58,488 nucleotides of DNA, filler included, from Basidioascus undulatus (GCA_000826855.1; 4 parts of 4 records of this genome joined end to end with filler, not necessarily neighbours in it), one strand, 5' to 3'. Shown: positions 25,301 to 39,255, counted from the whole stretch's first letter. Program-made: numbers and translations. Notes: generated by a model from the letters alone, not told the origin.

Positions 25301-28075
25301 CGTACGCGTAAAAGTAGGAGTTGGGCTCCATGTTCTTCAAGCGTGGCTCGTCCTGGTCGCGCTCAAGCTTGCGGACGTTGGCCTTCGTGATGACGGTGTC
25401 GAAACTGATCTCCTCGAACTCGTCGAGGAGGCAGAGGTGACGCGGATGCGCGGACTCAGCCTGCGCAGTGCGCGACGCGTGGATAAACCACTGGGCGAGC
25501 AGCGTGTCGCCCTTGCCGACCTGAAACAGATCGTGGACCTTGGCAAACCTGTTCCACAGACCCAGGTAAATTAAACATTGCTGATCCAGGAAGAGAAGAA
25601 TGAGGCAAGTGCTGCGTACCACTTGTCATGCGCCGGATCAAACGACAAGCCGAGCGCTTCCTGCCGTTCGAGGAGCGCTTGCTCGGCCTCTGTGCGGACG
25701 CAGTCCTCGTCGGCGCCGGGCCGAATGACGACGACGTCTCCTGGCTGGAATAGAGGATCATCTATTAGGATGTTGCGTTGGAGCCGAACAGAAAGGTTGG
25801 ACGGGGCCCACGCGCCTTGATCGTCTCCTCGCCCAACCGCGCAGCGCCGTAATAGAGCCTCTCCTCGTCCTCTTCGCGATGCGTCGGCTTGCCCAGCCAG
25901 CCAAACTCCGACTGCGGGGCATCGTCCGCGAGGACGGCCTTCCACTTCGCCAACGCAACGTCGGCGCTCGGCTCAGCATCCTCGACGTCCGCGCCCCTCT
26001 CCTCGCCGGGGACGACGAGCTTGCACCCGAACAGGTTGCCAGCAATCTCCTTGATCCGCCGCGTGACGACAGTGGGGTGCTGCTTGGGGGCGGCTCCTAC
26101 GCGCGGGCGGCGCTTCAGGTGCCCTCCGTGGACGTGAGCGTGCGAGCCGCCCCTGCTTGGCTCGGCCATGCGCTTAAGATCACTCCAAAGCGGCGAGCCC
26201 TGCAGGTTGCGGAGATCCGCGCCGTCCTCCGAGTCCAGCAGGACCGAGAGCTCGTCGAAGACGTCGGCGGCCTTCTCCCACAGGTCAATGTGTGAACGGC
26301 AGGGGAGGCGACAAAGGACGAAAGGTTTCCAAAACGTACCGCTTTCTTGAGGTCGCTCGGACCGAGGGTGCGGCCGAACGTATCCCGGTCCGCCTGCGCG
26401 TCCGCGTGTCGCTCCTCGCTCTCGAGGAACGCGTGGACGTGGTCGAGCGTGGGTGCGGGGGTATCGGCGGCGATGAGGAGGACCGCGCGCACGAGCGCGG
26501 AGCAACGGAGGAAGCGGTCGGCGAAGGCGGGGTATGGGGGCGCGGGCGGGCCGTCGAGGAGGTAGAACGCGTAGGAGGTCTGAATCCAGACTTTGCTGCA
26601 ATCGATTGAAAGGTCAGCGGTCTGCAGAAGGAAGGGGAAGGTGGGAAACTGATGATCACGGAAAGAAAGGAACTCAACGCACCCGAGGATCGGCCCAGCA
26701 GTCAGGTCGACGACGTGGAAGAGCAACGCGCTGGTTTTGAGGCGTGGACCGTTGTTCGAGATGCAGTCGCGCTCGCCCAGCCCCTCGTAGTCCTCATCGT
26801 CGTCGAGAAGGATGTCGCCTTCGAGCTCGTGCTGGAAGACAGGGCTGCGCATGCCATAGAAAGAAGTCAGCGCTGAACTCGGCACCGGCATCACCGCGCC
26901 CGACTTACCTGACGTCCCCGCTGCATACGATGTCAACGTTGGTGTTGTAGTAAAGCTGCTCGAGCGCGATCACCTTGCGGGACTTCTGGTCCCAGAAGAC
27001 CCATTTCTTGAGACGCCGGCACGGCTTCTGCCGTTCGTCGTCGTCCATGACCTCGACGTCCGCGTCGTCCTCCCCCGGCAGCCAGAAGTCTGCCGTCTCA
27101 GACACCTCGTCGTCGGGGGGGACGTAGGTCTCAGAGGCTGTGTTTGCGGTCCAACCACGACACGCATAAGATCGTGCAGCCTGTGAAGGGAGAAAGGAAG
27201 GAGAACACGCACAGAGTTTCCCCTTGCCCTTCCCCTTCGGCACCGCGGTCATCGACTCGCCCTCGCCATCTCCCTCGCCCTCGGGCTTGCTTCTCGAGTG
27301 CGAAGGACGGTCGGCGTAGCTGGTCGGCGCGGACCTGGTCCGCTGCGAGCGACGCTGCCCAGCGCCCGGCTCAGGCGTCGCGTCCGTCGTTGAGGCAGCG
27401 CGGCTCGCGGGGTCGATGTCCATCGCGTCGTCCACATCAGACGGCGAGGCCGTCGCAAGCGTCTCCGTAGGCGTCGGCGCGGCGGACGAAGAGGACGCGG
27501 CAGCGCCGTCGCGCGAGGGACGGCTGGACGCTTTGGGACGCTTTGGCCAGTGCGCAGTCGTTTCCTTCGTGGCGGCGCTCCTGCGTGCTGAAGCGGACGA
27601 TGTGGTCGCAAAGCCTGGGCGCGTACCACGCTTCGAAGAGCGCGCGAGCGACTCGGGCGAACTGGTCTCCCCGCGCGCAGGCGGCTCGTCTTCGTCCCCG
27701 CTCAGCGCGCCGCGCTTGGACAGCCTAGCGCGTTTCCTCGGACGATGGAGCGGCTCGGGCGTGCTCTTAGTGCTATCGAGGGCCAGGGCGGATGCGCCCA
27801 ACGACGGCGAGCGCTTCGGCGCGCGAGCGTCCGCGTCCCGGAACTTGCGCTTTCGAATAGAAAGCAGAGATTCAGCAAAGATTTCTTGTCGATAGTTTGA
27901 AAAGAAGAAGCAGGAGACTCACCTTGGCGGAAGAAACGATCATCACCTCGTCGTCCGAGTCGCTCACGCTCTCCGAGTTCGAGCTCGAGTCGGAGAGGAC
28001 GATCGGGCGGACGCGCGAGCGGAGCGGGGGGGCGGGGACCTTGCCCTTGCCCTTGCCCTTGCCATCGGACGACAT
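22330..28075 (-). CDS. DNMT1: C5 DNA cytosine methyltransferase, DNMT1/Masc2-type (RFTS, two BAH, MTase)
   Basis: RFTS-like PCRRLKKWVFWD and VWIQTSYAFYLL. BAH-like PGDVVVIRPG..AQWFIHASRT and YDVGDFVYL..LVQIVKI. Motif I LELCAGAGGL, motif IV GTPCQAFS (via microexon), VI LLENVVGL, VIII YGVPQSRHRL, IX TLREAARIQGFPD and X QVGNAVPPPLGRALG. Stop TAA at 22330. Confidence 0.93.
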
Positions 28076-28953
28076 CTTGAGGGTCTATGAGTAAAACAGA
28101 GACCGAACTAACGCGATGAGCATGAAAGGCGTTTCCCGGAGATGATCTGGCGTCACGAACCAAAGGCGAAGACGGGCACGGCTAACTAGCGCTGGCTCGC
28201 GCGAGAACCTCGAATGAGAGCAGGCACAATCGAAGTTCGAGGATTGGGATCTTCGAAGGTATCGATCGATGAGTTTCGTTCGAGCAGGTGGGTAAGTCTC
28301 GATGGATTCGGAGAGAGTCTGTAATCGCCGTAGACGAGAGAGAAGGCCAGCCTTGGAATCCACGGTGCGAGCGTTCCAGCGTCCCGCTCTCGGACCCGCT
28401 GGAAAACCCGCTACCGATAGACTGCAAGCTGTAGCGCGTCGCATTCATTTTCTTTGTACACCTATGTCTCCTGCAAGTGATCAAGACGAGGGAAGACTCC
28501 AGAAGGCACAGGCTTCCGAGTCTGCGCCGTGTAGTGAACATTGGATATCTTCAGTGTTTTTGCAACTATTTTCACAGTCGAGTATCCCGCCATGCAGACG
28601 CACTCCAAACTCGCAGAAGTACAATTCCAATCCATCTTAACATACAGACCATCTCCTAGGTATCGGTATCGTGCGAATCGTAAGCGGCGTAGAAAGCGTG
28701 GCGTGCGGGGAGCGAGAAAACGATGTACGACAGAACTACCGTCCAGTCCGGCGGGGCGAGGGGTGGTACAGCGACAATAAGGGTACAGAGAGACATGAGC
28801 GGTGCGTGAGGAAAAGAGAAGAAAAGGAAGGGGTATAAAAACAGAGCGAGACGAATGCGGAAACGGATCCTGATCCAGCCTCCCAGGAATCCTGCGCCCA
28901 CTAAACACCAAACACCAACGAGGCACAGGCACAAAAAGAGATAGCGCGGGGGT

Positions 28954-29200
28954 CTACGACTCCCTCCTCCCCAACGGGATCCGTGGCCTGCCCTGGCTGC
29001 GGCTCCTGCTCCTCCTGCCGCGCTCCCGCTCCCGGCTCGGGCTAGGCGTCTGCGCCGGCGTCGTCTTAGGCGTGAGCGCCAGCTCCGCGACGAGTCTGCG
29101 CCCGCGCTCGGGGAGGTCGAGGTCGTTGTCATCCTCCTCCGGGTGTGCGGCAAGGCGGGCTGCGGGGTTCGGGGGTGGGCGGGAGAGCCGAGGGGAGGGG
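28954..29200 (-). CDS. 3' end of an unidentified gene with an Arg/Ser-rich C-terminus, cut by the contig end
   Basis: Open frame [49 protein letters not shown]...RRES*. Confidence 0.5.
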
Positions 29201-29211
29201 AGATCGGAAGA
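29201..29211 (+). other. Illumina adapter remnant AGATCGGAAGA at the contig end
   Basis: Exact first 11 nt of the TruSeq read-through adapter, immediately before the gap. Confidence 0.85.
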
Positions 29212-29311
29212 NNNNNNNNNNNNNNNNNNNNNNNNNNNNNNNNNNNNNNNNNNNNTTAATTAATTAANNNNNNNNNNNNNNNNNNNNNNNNNNNNNNNNN
29301 NNNNNNNNNNN
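29212..29311. other. artificial contig linker
   Basis: N44-TTAATTAATTAA-N44. Confidence 0.99.
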
Positions 29312-29377
29312 ACTTCCCAGGCGGTGGACATCATCAGCGGCGGCGTTAAGATCAATGCGCTTCCCGAGCTTGTGCAC
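29312..29377 (+). other. short fragment of an M20 Gly-X carboxypeptidase (Cps1-like)
   Basis: TSQAVDIISGGVKINALPE is a Cps1-family motif. The expected continuation (VNHRI) is absent. Confidence 0.7.
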
Positions 29378-30105
29378 CCTCCAGCGCTCCCCCTTCCCCT
29401 CCACCTCCCGAAGGGCCCGTCCCGTCCACTCCGTCAAAGCCCCACACCCCGGCAACCGCGCCGCTCTCCCCCGCGCAGACCCTCGCGCTCCGCTCGGCCT
29501 CGCGGCTGTCCTACGTGCTATCCCTTCCCCCTCCGTCCTCTCCTTCTCCCTCTCCTGCTTCCTTCTCTCCCACCAAAACATCCTCCGATCCGCACCCCGA
29601 CCCTGCACCGGAGCCCGAGCCCGAGCCCGAACCAGATACCACCGCACTCGCCGCCCTGCTCACTACCGACTCCGGGCTGCGCGCCGCACAAAGCCTAAGC
29701 CGGTTCCTCGACGGCCCGTCCCCCTCCCCCCCCCTATACCGCTCCTCCCCCTCTTCCCCTTCCTCCCCGTCCTCCTCTGCAGAGGAGGAGGACCTCCGCC
29801 TCCGACGCCTCCTCGCCGAAGCCGCGCGTCCAATGACGCTGTACTTCCCGATCCCCCCACCGCCCCTGCCTTCTCCTGCGCGGAAGGAGAAGGAGAAGGA
29901 GAAGTCCACGTGGGGGGGCACGGCCAAGGCGGTGCTGGGGTACCCGTTCTGGTTGGTTGGGCTTTCGGGCGCGGGAGAGGGTAAGGAGAAGGGGCATGGG
30001 AGAGGGGGGAGTGTTGCGTGGCTTGTTTCGAGTGTGTTTGGCGGGAGGGGCGGGGCGTTGGCTGTTAAGGAGGAGGAAGTGCAGGAAGAGGGGAAGAGGA
30101 GTTAA
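29378..30105 (+). CDS. 3' part of an unidentified Pro/Ser-rich protein
   Basis: Open frame, different from the Cps1 frame: ...LALRSASRLSYVLSLP...LRRLLAEAARPMTLYFP...EEGKRS*. Confidence 0.5.
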
Positions 30106-31305
30106 GAGATTTTGCGGCGCAGTCGGTGGTTGGGCAGGTTGGGGATGCTATTCGGATTCGATAGCATCAGCCCCTTAGTTATACGTTTTGCATACCCATA
30201 ATACCCATTTAATATCACACATCTATACCTCTTCGGCATTGGATGCTTGCGCGTGCGATCTAGTCGGTAGAAATGACTCGCGGCGTAATCGGCACTGTGT
30301 GGTGACTCGTCGTGAATGTCGGCTCGCATGTCCGAGATACGGGCTTCAGGCATAGCCGTGCCCCTAGGGAGAAGAAAAGGGGGCGGAGAAGAGATGGTGG
30401 ACCATGAAGACGTTTCCGAATTGCAGCTGAGGGATGCATCGACGGGGAGACGAGCTTGCTTGAGCGCAAGCAGCTGGGAGCAAGAGGCCTGTTGCACCTG
30501 ATCTGACAATGATGTTGGTGTATTGGATTGTGAGCGAAAAGCAATGCATCCTTTTTACCCAATGGTGCTCTGACGTCCGCGGCGTGAAGCAGCTGCACGG
30601 GCGCGCTTGAGTTTAAGCGTTACTGTCTCTGCGCATGACTTTGGATCTTTAAAATCTTGGATAATTCCTCAGTGGAGTTTCTAATTCATCACAGGTGCAC
30701 ATTTCTGAGCGTTTGTCGGAGTACATGACCCGAGCGGGATGTCAGCGGCTAACATGCAGCATCCCGCATCAAGGTGTTTCGATGGAAGCGCAGGCGGGGA
30801 CAATGACAGGCCCAGGTGCAAATGTCGCTTTCACATTTTTGGGATACTCAAGAATATATTAGTGATGCGGCATATAAGAACACAAAATGTTAAAGGCGAA
30901 GTCATGTCTGTGTCTTGAGCGCAGGGCAGTGAGCACCGCAAGTTGCAGCAGTCGGGGGACGGCTAACCGACGAACATTAATGGTGGTTCCCTCGAGCTCA
31001 TGCGATCATGAATTTGATTTCATTTGCATTATCACTGGCGGTTCACCGCAGTGATGCAGCTCAACGTTTGCATGACGGGTCCATGACCGCCGAAGCCATG
31101 CACCCGCTGCACAACCGCAGGTCTGCGATACTATTCGCTTGGAACGGCGAAGCATACAAACAGATGTAATATCAGGCCGCATCGAAAATCGTGCAGCAAT
31201 GTTCTGTCCTCCTAGCTCTATGCAAATGCCTCGTCCGTGTCCGCACAAACTGTCCCCTTGACCCGAACGAGTCATAGAACCCCCGATAACCGGAAAAAAG
31301 ATTCC

Positions 31306-33679
31306 CTAGTGCCCGAAGCACCTCCGCTCCAGATACCTGAATGGCGCGTAAAGGATCGCGGCCGTCGCGAATCCGAGCTCGATGCCGACGTCGCCATGGC
31401 CAGGGATGGCAAGCGCGAGCGGGCCGGTCCACCAAACCTGCGTTGCAAAGCGACTCGGTCAGACCGTGCCAGGGTAAGAACATTCGCACCAAACAAATCA
31501 ATCGGCGCACCTGGGCCATCGATACTGCCACAGGCCCACAAGCGCACATGCCCGCCGCAAAGGCAGCGATGCCCGCCGGCAGAAGGCGGGGGGAGTTCCA
31601 TGCCGACACGTCGTAGTTGGAGAACTTGCCGCCGCGGAAGAGGTAGTGCTCGGTGATGAGGATTGCACCATACAAGGCGATCCAGTAGCCGAGCTGTGTG
31701 AACGAAAGAGACGGATGAGCGACGGCCTAATAGCGAGAGACACGGGTGAGCGAAGCTGGAGACGCACGCAGGCAAGGAAGTTGTTCAGGGTTTCGTTGAC
31801 TGTTTGTTAGGGTAAGTGCAAGCACAAAGGCGGAGATGCGGAGGTAACACGTACAGCGCGTGGCAACAACGATCGCGATTGGCAAGTAGATGCCCGTCAC
31901 GACCAATGAGAGGAGGAAGCGAGGAACTGATACAATGCATAAGCGAAATAGACGATAGCACTTGCGCAGAAAGGATCTTCTGACGTACTGTAGCTAAGGA
32001 ACGGCAACAGAGTCTGCAGTGTCAAGCCGCAGCTGTAGATGGTGGGCGCGTTGTTGGTGCAGATACCGATAGCGAGGACGCCCTACACACAGCCGCCTGC
32101 TCAGCTCTCTACGCCCTGACGTATGCAGCGAAACATGCCACGTACCAGGCAGAACTTCCCGAAGTTGCCTGCGGGTGCGAGCATCGCATCGAGCAGACCT
32201 CCGAGACCGTCCGCATCGTATCCCGCTTGCCAATCCGGCACGAACGGCATGGCAACGTATGCGCACGCGCCGAAGCTCTGGATGAGGATGAGGGGGAGGT
32301 TGATGCCGGCGTACATGGCGGCGAAGAGGGTGGTGCCGCTCGTCTCGGGCGGGAGGTAGGCGGACTGCGAAATAGCAAGCAGGTGAGAGACGAGCGATCG
32401 GGGTAAAGCGTGCGCAAGTGAACGTACGTAATCGGAGGCAAGCGACGCCCACGTCATGCCGTAGCCCATGACCGTAGAGCCGAAAGAAAGGACAGCACCG
32501 GCGCTCGCGCTCGGGAGGTCGGTGTCCCAGACGTGGTGAAGGTGCTTGCCCGAAAGACCAGCCATGATGATGAACACTTGGAGAGCCGAACAGTCAGGCA
32601 TACCAACAATCGCGCCATAAGATACTTACTGATGTTGATGACGATCCACGCGTACCGCTCGAACGCGTGCAAGACGCGGAAGCCCATGAAGGAGACCTGG
32701 GATTGCGGTGTGAGAAGACGGAGAACCGCGCTTCCACTAGTCCTTCTCACTCACAAAGAGCGCAATGATCGCGATGACCACAATCCCCACTGTCCAGCTC
32801 AGGTCGCCGCCTGATGTAGCGGAGAGCGCTTGCCCGCCAGAGACGGCATTCAACATGCAAAAGCCGAACATGCCGATCCTGCAGAGGTGAAGGGATCTGA
32901 GAAGACGGATGATTCAAAGCGCCCCCGCGATGGGCGCTTACAAGTTCAAGATACACGCGATCGCCACGCCGTAGTACCTGTAGTATTACGAAGCCTAAGC
33001 ACACTGCGGTAGAAAGAAGGTTGATTACTGACCCGAAGCTGTAGCGGGCGATGGTCATTTGCCGCAGACCCATCTTCGGGCCCCACGTTCCACTGTCCCA
33101 GCATCCTCGTCACGTCAAGAACCAGCATGCAGATAAAATTGGGATCAACGCACAGGTAGGCAGGCAACATGTTACTCAAAAGGTTGAAGAAAAGAATCGT
33201 CAAGCAAGAATCGCGAGCGTTCATCCCAAAGATCGCGGGACCCAGAGTGCCGAGGGAGAAGGTCAAGATCGTCGAGTTGGGGGAGAGCCAGATGGTCATC
33301 ATGTTACTATTGGAGAAAGAACTTCAATTCTGACCAACGTCCAGGTTCTCGTTGACGACGGCGAGAGTCATACGCACATGAGAGGGCCCCTCCCCGGCGT
33401 GCGCTCCTGCGAAGACGCCGTCCCTGCTCGCATCAAGCTCATTCAGATTACTCGACGAGGACGCACCTCAAGAGATATCGGATGAATGCCCCTCGCCTCG
33501 GCTCCCAGATCCGTACAACGAAGCATGAGTCGCTTCGTCGCGCCCACGAGCCCCCGGTCCGACCATCCCTCCGTGACGACCGCGAAGTCCTTGTGCCGGG
33601 GCGTGATGCCCGGAGACGATGCGTATGGCTTCTTGCTGTCGTCGTAAGACATCGCGCGCTCCAGGTCGTGGGTCGCCAT
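31306..33679 (-). CDS. purine-cytosine permease (NCS1 family, FCY2/TPN1-like)
   Basis: GAEARGIHP, TIWLSPNSTILTFSLGTLGP, WGPKMGLRQMTIARYSFG, LHAFERYAWI, TWASLASDY, NNAPTIYS and ILITEHYLFRGG. It ends LYAPFRYLERRCFGH-TAG. Confidence 0.95.
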
Positions 33680-34831
33680 GGTTTGCGCGGCGGTTCGTGG
33701 GCGATGGATGGCAACCGGCGTTTGATGAACAGAGTGAACGAGAAGACGATCGCAAAAAGATCGGCGTGGGAGTCAGTCTGGCCAAAGCGACGGAGCGGAC
33801 TCAAGGTTGACATGATCGAACCTCCATCGGAAGCTTGTGCATGTTTGTCTCAGAACTTCTTTAAGCAACTAGCTCGTCGTATATACGTGTTCAGCTTTTT
33901 GCGCCCGCGTTATCGCGTGGACATCGTTGGTTGTCGACCTTCCCAATGCCCTGCAATCGCCTGGGCATCAACGCCTCTTGAAGGCTCTCATGATGGTTTG
34001 AGTAATACGCCAAGGTACTTACGCCTACCCGAAGCCTTCCGCTTTGCCGAGGAACCTTCGAAGTTGCGATCCCGCCATTGCGAAAACCCTACCAGAGGGG
34101 CCCGAAAGATTATGAATCCTGATCCTCACAGAATGTATCAGAAATTTCAACGCGCCGTACAGCTTGCTTCTTCAGGCCATGCGGCTTGTCGGCTTGAGAA
34201 GAATTCACCATGTCACGACTCACTCAGGCTATTGCATGTCAGAGTACACATCACACTGTTTCCGGGTTCGGCGAATGTAGTGAGTGGCGGAGAGCCAGAT
34301 TATATATATGTCGACCACAAAGTATTGAAAAGTTCTCTACCAAATTACATGCCAGTTTTAAGTCTTCAGACAACAGTGTTGACTCTTTCGTTCAGTGTCA
34401 CGCTACTGACCGGCTTTGCCATGAGGGATGTCTGCGGGATAGGAAATAGGTGCAAGAGTCTTCCCGTGCAGTGTCAGTTCCAACTAGTGTGATATCTGCG
34501 ACCCCGCCGTTCATCACGGTTGTCAAGATGAGGTGGCCATTGATGATGCAGTGCTCAGACGGTGTGTACAGGACTGGAGGACGTTAAGGGCCATCGGACA
34601 TATGACCTACCAACCAACAAGACAGGATAGACAACAACGATTTTCACCCTTCATGGCAGCAGTCGCCGCTTCGAAGTGGCAAGTGTGAAAGGCGGATCCG
34701 AGTCGAGCAGTCTGAGTCACATTCCGCGTTCCGAAACACAACAAATTAGAGCAGCATGCGCCGAAACATTGCGCACACCATCTTGCTCCTATACTCCCAT
34801 CCAGCATACACTCTTCTTTCAATGACGCTCC

Positions 34832-36290
34832 ATGTCGACTAATATCCTCGCTCTCCCCTTCGACGCACTGTCGCTCTCGTTCGCCATCCAAGCGTCGCAG
34901 GGCCTGGACTTCCTCGCACTTTTGAGGAACCGGTCTCGCGCCGGGACTCTCACTGTCGAGAAAGCAACCAAGCGGAACAAAGGATCTCGCTCTCGGAGGA
35001 GGGCGAAGGGCTCGTCGCCGCGCAGTCCCGGACGAAGAGTGGTCGCACTGCTGCGTCCCGGGCATCCCGGAGCTACTCGACCTCATGGCAGCATGCTTAT
35101 CGACTCGGAGATCGAAGACGTTGTGTGAAGGATGAAGCTGGGTCTGGCGGATAGGCACGCCCGCTGCGAGCCGACGGGACCGGAGGAATGGGCGGATTGT
35201 CCGCCTTGCCTCAAATCGCTCTACTATTCTCAACCCGGTTTTGCCTTTGATTTGCAAGGCTCAACTTGGGAGAAATATGCTGCGACCCGTAAGCCCTCTT
35301 TTCAAGTGTGGGACATCACAGAAGTACCTCCAACATTATTACATGCTGACTCCCAGCTCAGTGCGGTCTGCAAATTGTTTCGCGCATCTACAACATTAAC
35401 CTGGCTCATCACCGAGACAGAACAAGGCGTCGTGTCAAGGCGTCCTTGGAGATTGAGTTTATCCACCGGAACCGACCAGACGCTCACAACGAGCAGACGC
35501 CCTTTAGAGCTCACCGTTGCACGTTTCCAGCTGCGGGTTGTCCCATGTGAAGGGCTCTTCGATGTTTTTTCTTGGAGCTCTCCCACCTGAGACAACACCG
35601 AGATCGAGCGGGCATCTCTTATGGCTTCTGTCTTAAAGGATTACTCAGGTTGTTCTGACCAATCCCTTCCGATCGAATTCCGAATTTGGGTCAAGGAGGG
35701 GCCATGGGACTACCAGGGAGACTTATCGGAAGTGTAACGAGCCTCGTTAACGGCGCATCAATTGGCCTGACATACGCGTATATGAGCACCTTGGGGATAT
35801 TATTAAGACACAGTTACTTTATCAAGCAGCAGCCAACGCATGTACGTCGAAGATGAGCAGTGCAGCCGAACGCTCTTGGACCGAGTACAGCAGCCTTGAA
35901 CCGGTTGCAGCGAATTGCCACCTGTCTGACAATTGGTCAAGTTTAGCTGTGCCCGATTTTATCCACTTGCTACGTGAAAACAGCCGAAGCAGGAAGAATC
36001 CTATCTTGAAAAATATGTCGACGTCAATGTAGTGCTTTTTCAACTTCAACAGACACGAGGCTACTCGACAAGAACATACAGAGGAACACGCTGAGGAGGT
36101 GCAAAACCAGGGGTCCAAAAAGCTTCGCCTTCCTGGGTAGGACTACTTTTAGGATGTACGAAGCGAAATATGAGAGCCTTGCAACGGTACAGCTACAGGT
36201 TGGGTCGGGGTCGGAGTTGAGAGGCGAGCTTCGCGCGACGCCTGAGCGCATCTTGCCTCCGACTTCCGCGTTCGAATTCTCCTAGCTTCA
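34832..36290 (+). pseudogene. degenerate gene, possibly F-box/LRR-like
   Basis: The N-terminus MSTNILALPFDALSLSF weakly resembles an F-box start. Downstream coding-like segments are broken by stops and frameshifts. Confidence 0.25.
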
Positions 36291-36586
36291 CAACTTTTCT
36301 TGCCTGGTCGGCTCGACGCTTACAGATCACAACGACTCACCGACGGGATTAATTGATATCGTAGCACTCCTACGCGCTGTGAAGTGGGAGCTTTCTCGAG
36401 TCCGATCCTCCGCCCTCCTGCCTTGACGGGCCGCTTCGGCGGAACCAAGCGGAACTTACTTACCTTGCGTGAGATCTATCCTAATCTATCACTTAAGGAC
36501 GACTCGCACCTTGCTGCGGCCCTCTCCTTCCAATTCTCTCTACTTCCATCGCATCGTGTTCCTTCTGCATCGATCGATCAGGCGTC

Positions 36587-39255
36587 GTGGACGACATCCT
36601 CCGCGAGTTCGCCCGTATGGGCCTTCCAACGCTTTCGCCAGAGATGCTCGCTGGCATGCTCGGCCCCGACACACCTTGCTCAGCTCGAAGCGCTCGGCCC
36701 TCTCTGCGCCCTCTCCGCGCCCGACCCCACACGCCGCGGCAGCCGACCACCCAGCGACGACCCCACTGAGTCTTTTGTCGCGGAGATCGCCCATGCGAAG
36801 GAGGTTTATGAGGTTCATTGTCGCCGCACCGCTATTTGCGTGAGTGACTCACGAGCGACACTCCACCTGCAGCGCGAGTTCGCCACGCCTCTCCGGCCCG
36901 TTATGACTCTCCCGCGGGAGATGCAGCTTAACGGTGTCTGCGCCGATATCGACCAGTTTGACCCCAAGGCGAATCGCTCCCAGGTCAAGAAGACGTACAG
37001 CGGCGAGCGGAAGTTCTTTTAAGTCTACACCGCTCGACCGTCTCCGGAGAATCGCAATCGGGGAACGGAGATCCCCAAGCGGCATGAGGGTAGGTCTTGG
37101 CACCTGCAACAATCGGATTGAGCGCGAATGGAAATAGTAGGCTCACGCGGTGGTAACGGGGAGCAGGTCATTATCTCCTGTGTCGCGTCGTCACTCGCAT
37201 CAAGCCGATCGTCGGCTGTTTAGTGTACATCTCCACATTGCTCTCCAATATCCAGGTGGCTGTACTGACGTTGCGGTGCTTCCAGCCTCGTGTCTATCCT
37301 CCTCTCCATCTATCGCCTGGAGTCCGACACGTCTCTTTTCGGCCCCGAGCTCGACTCGGTCCTTCCCATCGGCACGATGCTTGGGATTCGCGAGCCTTAC
37401 GTCAAGATTCCGGCCGGAGGGGAGGACAACCGATGCTGCGCGACGACGCGCTGAGCAATGTCGTGTTCCTCCGTGAGGGCAACGACGTGCTGCGTGGGGT
37501 GAGGTAGGCAGTCGATGGGAGTCTGGGGCAGGAGAGAAAGAGAAAGTCGGCGGAGGAGTGGAAAGAGGAGTGGAATCGGGGGTTCAAGGCTCGGAAATTT
37601 CGGGTGAGTTGCAAAGCGCTTTCGTGCCTTTTGCGATAAATTGACCAACTCTCCGACAACATCACTAACCGCCTGCTCGCAGACTGCCCTCTCCGCCTTT
37701 TCCACCAGCGTGGCTGTCGACCCCAACCATGGTCCTCCACCTCTACCTCTCCACCGTCCAGCTGCAGCTGCAGCAGCCCGGCCGCGCCTACGCTTCTGCT
37801 CGCCCTGCGCTCGCGCTGGGCCTCCGCAGCCCGGCTCTCAACCGAAAGGCCTTGTTCCGCAAAGGACGCGCCGCATACGCCCTGCGCTGCTTCGCTCGCG
37901 CCGAGCGCGACCTCGCCGATGCGGTCGAGCACAGCGGCGGCAGCGACGAGGCCGCGGTCGCGCACGCACTGTCTGACGTCCGCCGACGCCTTGCGGAGCA
38001 GAGCACGGGCTGGTTCGACTACGCCGGCTTGTTCCGCCAGAAGCAGGCCAGCGCTATGCCGAGGCTCGGCGTCGCCGACTTCGTCGGACAAATCGAGGTC
38101 CGCCGCGTACTCGGCAAAAACCGCGGCGTCGTTGACGCGGGACCTCCCGCAGGCGAGGTCCTGCTCGAGGCTGTCGTCGCCGTCTACAAGGCCGACCCCG
38201 AGGCGGCGGATGTCCACATCCTCGCGCTTAACTTCGCGACCAACACCGCCGACAAGACTACGCAGGCCCTCGCGGCGACGAAGCTCGTCTGCCGTGCTGG
38301 ACGATCCGGCTCAAGGCTCAAGGGTGTGCGGGCTGCACGCGGGAACGGGGACACGGGGGCAGGACGGGTGCGAGGCGGGGCTCGATGAGGAACGGGCGTT
38401 GAGCAGCCCTGGGAGCTCGGTCGTCGACGTCGGCAAGCTGGACGACGTGCTTTCGTACAACTCTTCGGCGATCCCCCCACCTCGGCCACCGCCGTCCCAG
38501 ATCGTCCGAGGCGCCCGAGGGCGACCGGGACGAACACATGCCAATGATGCTCTTTCTCCTTCCCTCCACTTCGGCGACGTCATAATTGTCCGCGCCCTCG
38601 TCCCCCTCCGCGCCGGTACCGAGATCCTCATGCCGTACTGCGCCGGCGACTCGTCGCTGCTCGAGCGCGAGCGGCTTCGTGTGCTGGTGCGAGATGTGCG
38701 CGGAGGACCGCGCGGATGGACACGCTCGGCGCGCGGCGAGGGAGAGGCTTATGGAGGAGGAGTACGAAAGGCTGATTGAGGTTGCGAGGGAGGCGTTCGG
38801 TGCGGCGCAGGCGGGGAGAGACGCTGGGCTGAAGAGGGCGTTGAGGATGATGGAGCCGTTCATGGGGAAGGTGGAGAAGACGTACAGGAAGGAGAAGGAG
38901 CCGCTGAGGCCGGACATGTACCGCATCTGGCTGGCGATTGCGGACCTGCACTCGTACAACCAGCCGAGGAAGATAATCGAGGTGTGCTCATGCATCATCT
39001 TCTCCATTCTCCCTTCCTGTCAAGTTGAACATCTTTTCTCGCCTCCCTTTTTTTTCTGACGCTGACACTCGCTCGGCTTTCATCTCCCCTTTAGTACGAG
39101 CTTAAAGCGCTTCTGTCCATCGGCGTTGTCCTCCACCCGCGCAGCGCACCGAGATCAACCCCGCAACACGCCCTTGACCGTCTCCCCCTGCTCAACCACG
39201 ACGCTTGCGATCATATCGATGCTCATCATATCCGCGGTTTACGACGCGCTTAGGG
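36587..39255 (+). pseudogene. TPR + SET domain protein (fungal SMYD-like), disrupted
   Basis: TPR KALFRKGRAAYAL; linker RRLAEQSTGWFDY..ADFVGQIEVRR..RGV; SET C-part FGDVIIVRALVPLRAGTEILMPY; post-SET GFVCWCEMC. Frame breaks lie near 37020, ~38300 and ~38680, and the NHSC motif is absent. Confidence 0.8.

Noticed and set aside
33482..34492. 336-aa plus-strand ORF
   Set aside because: It is antisense to the first permease exon and runs through its promoter region, with no recognisable domain.
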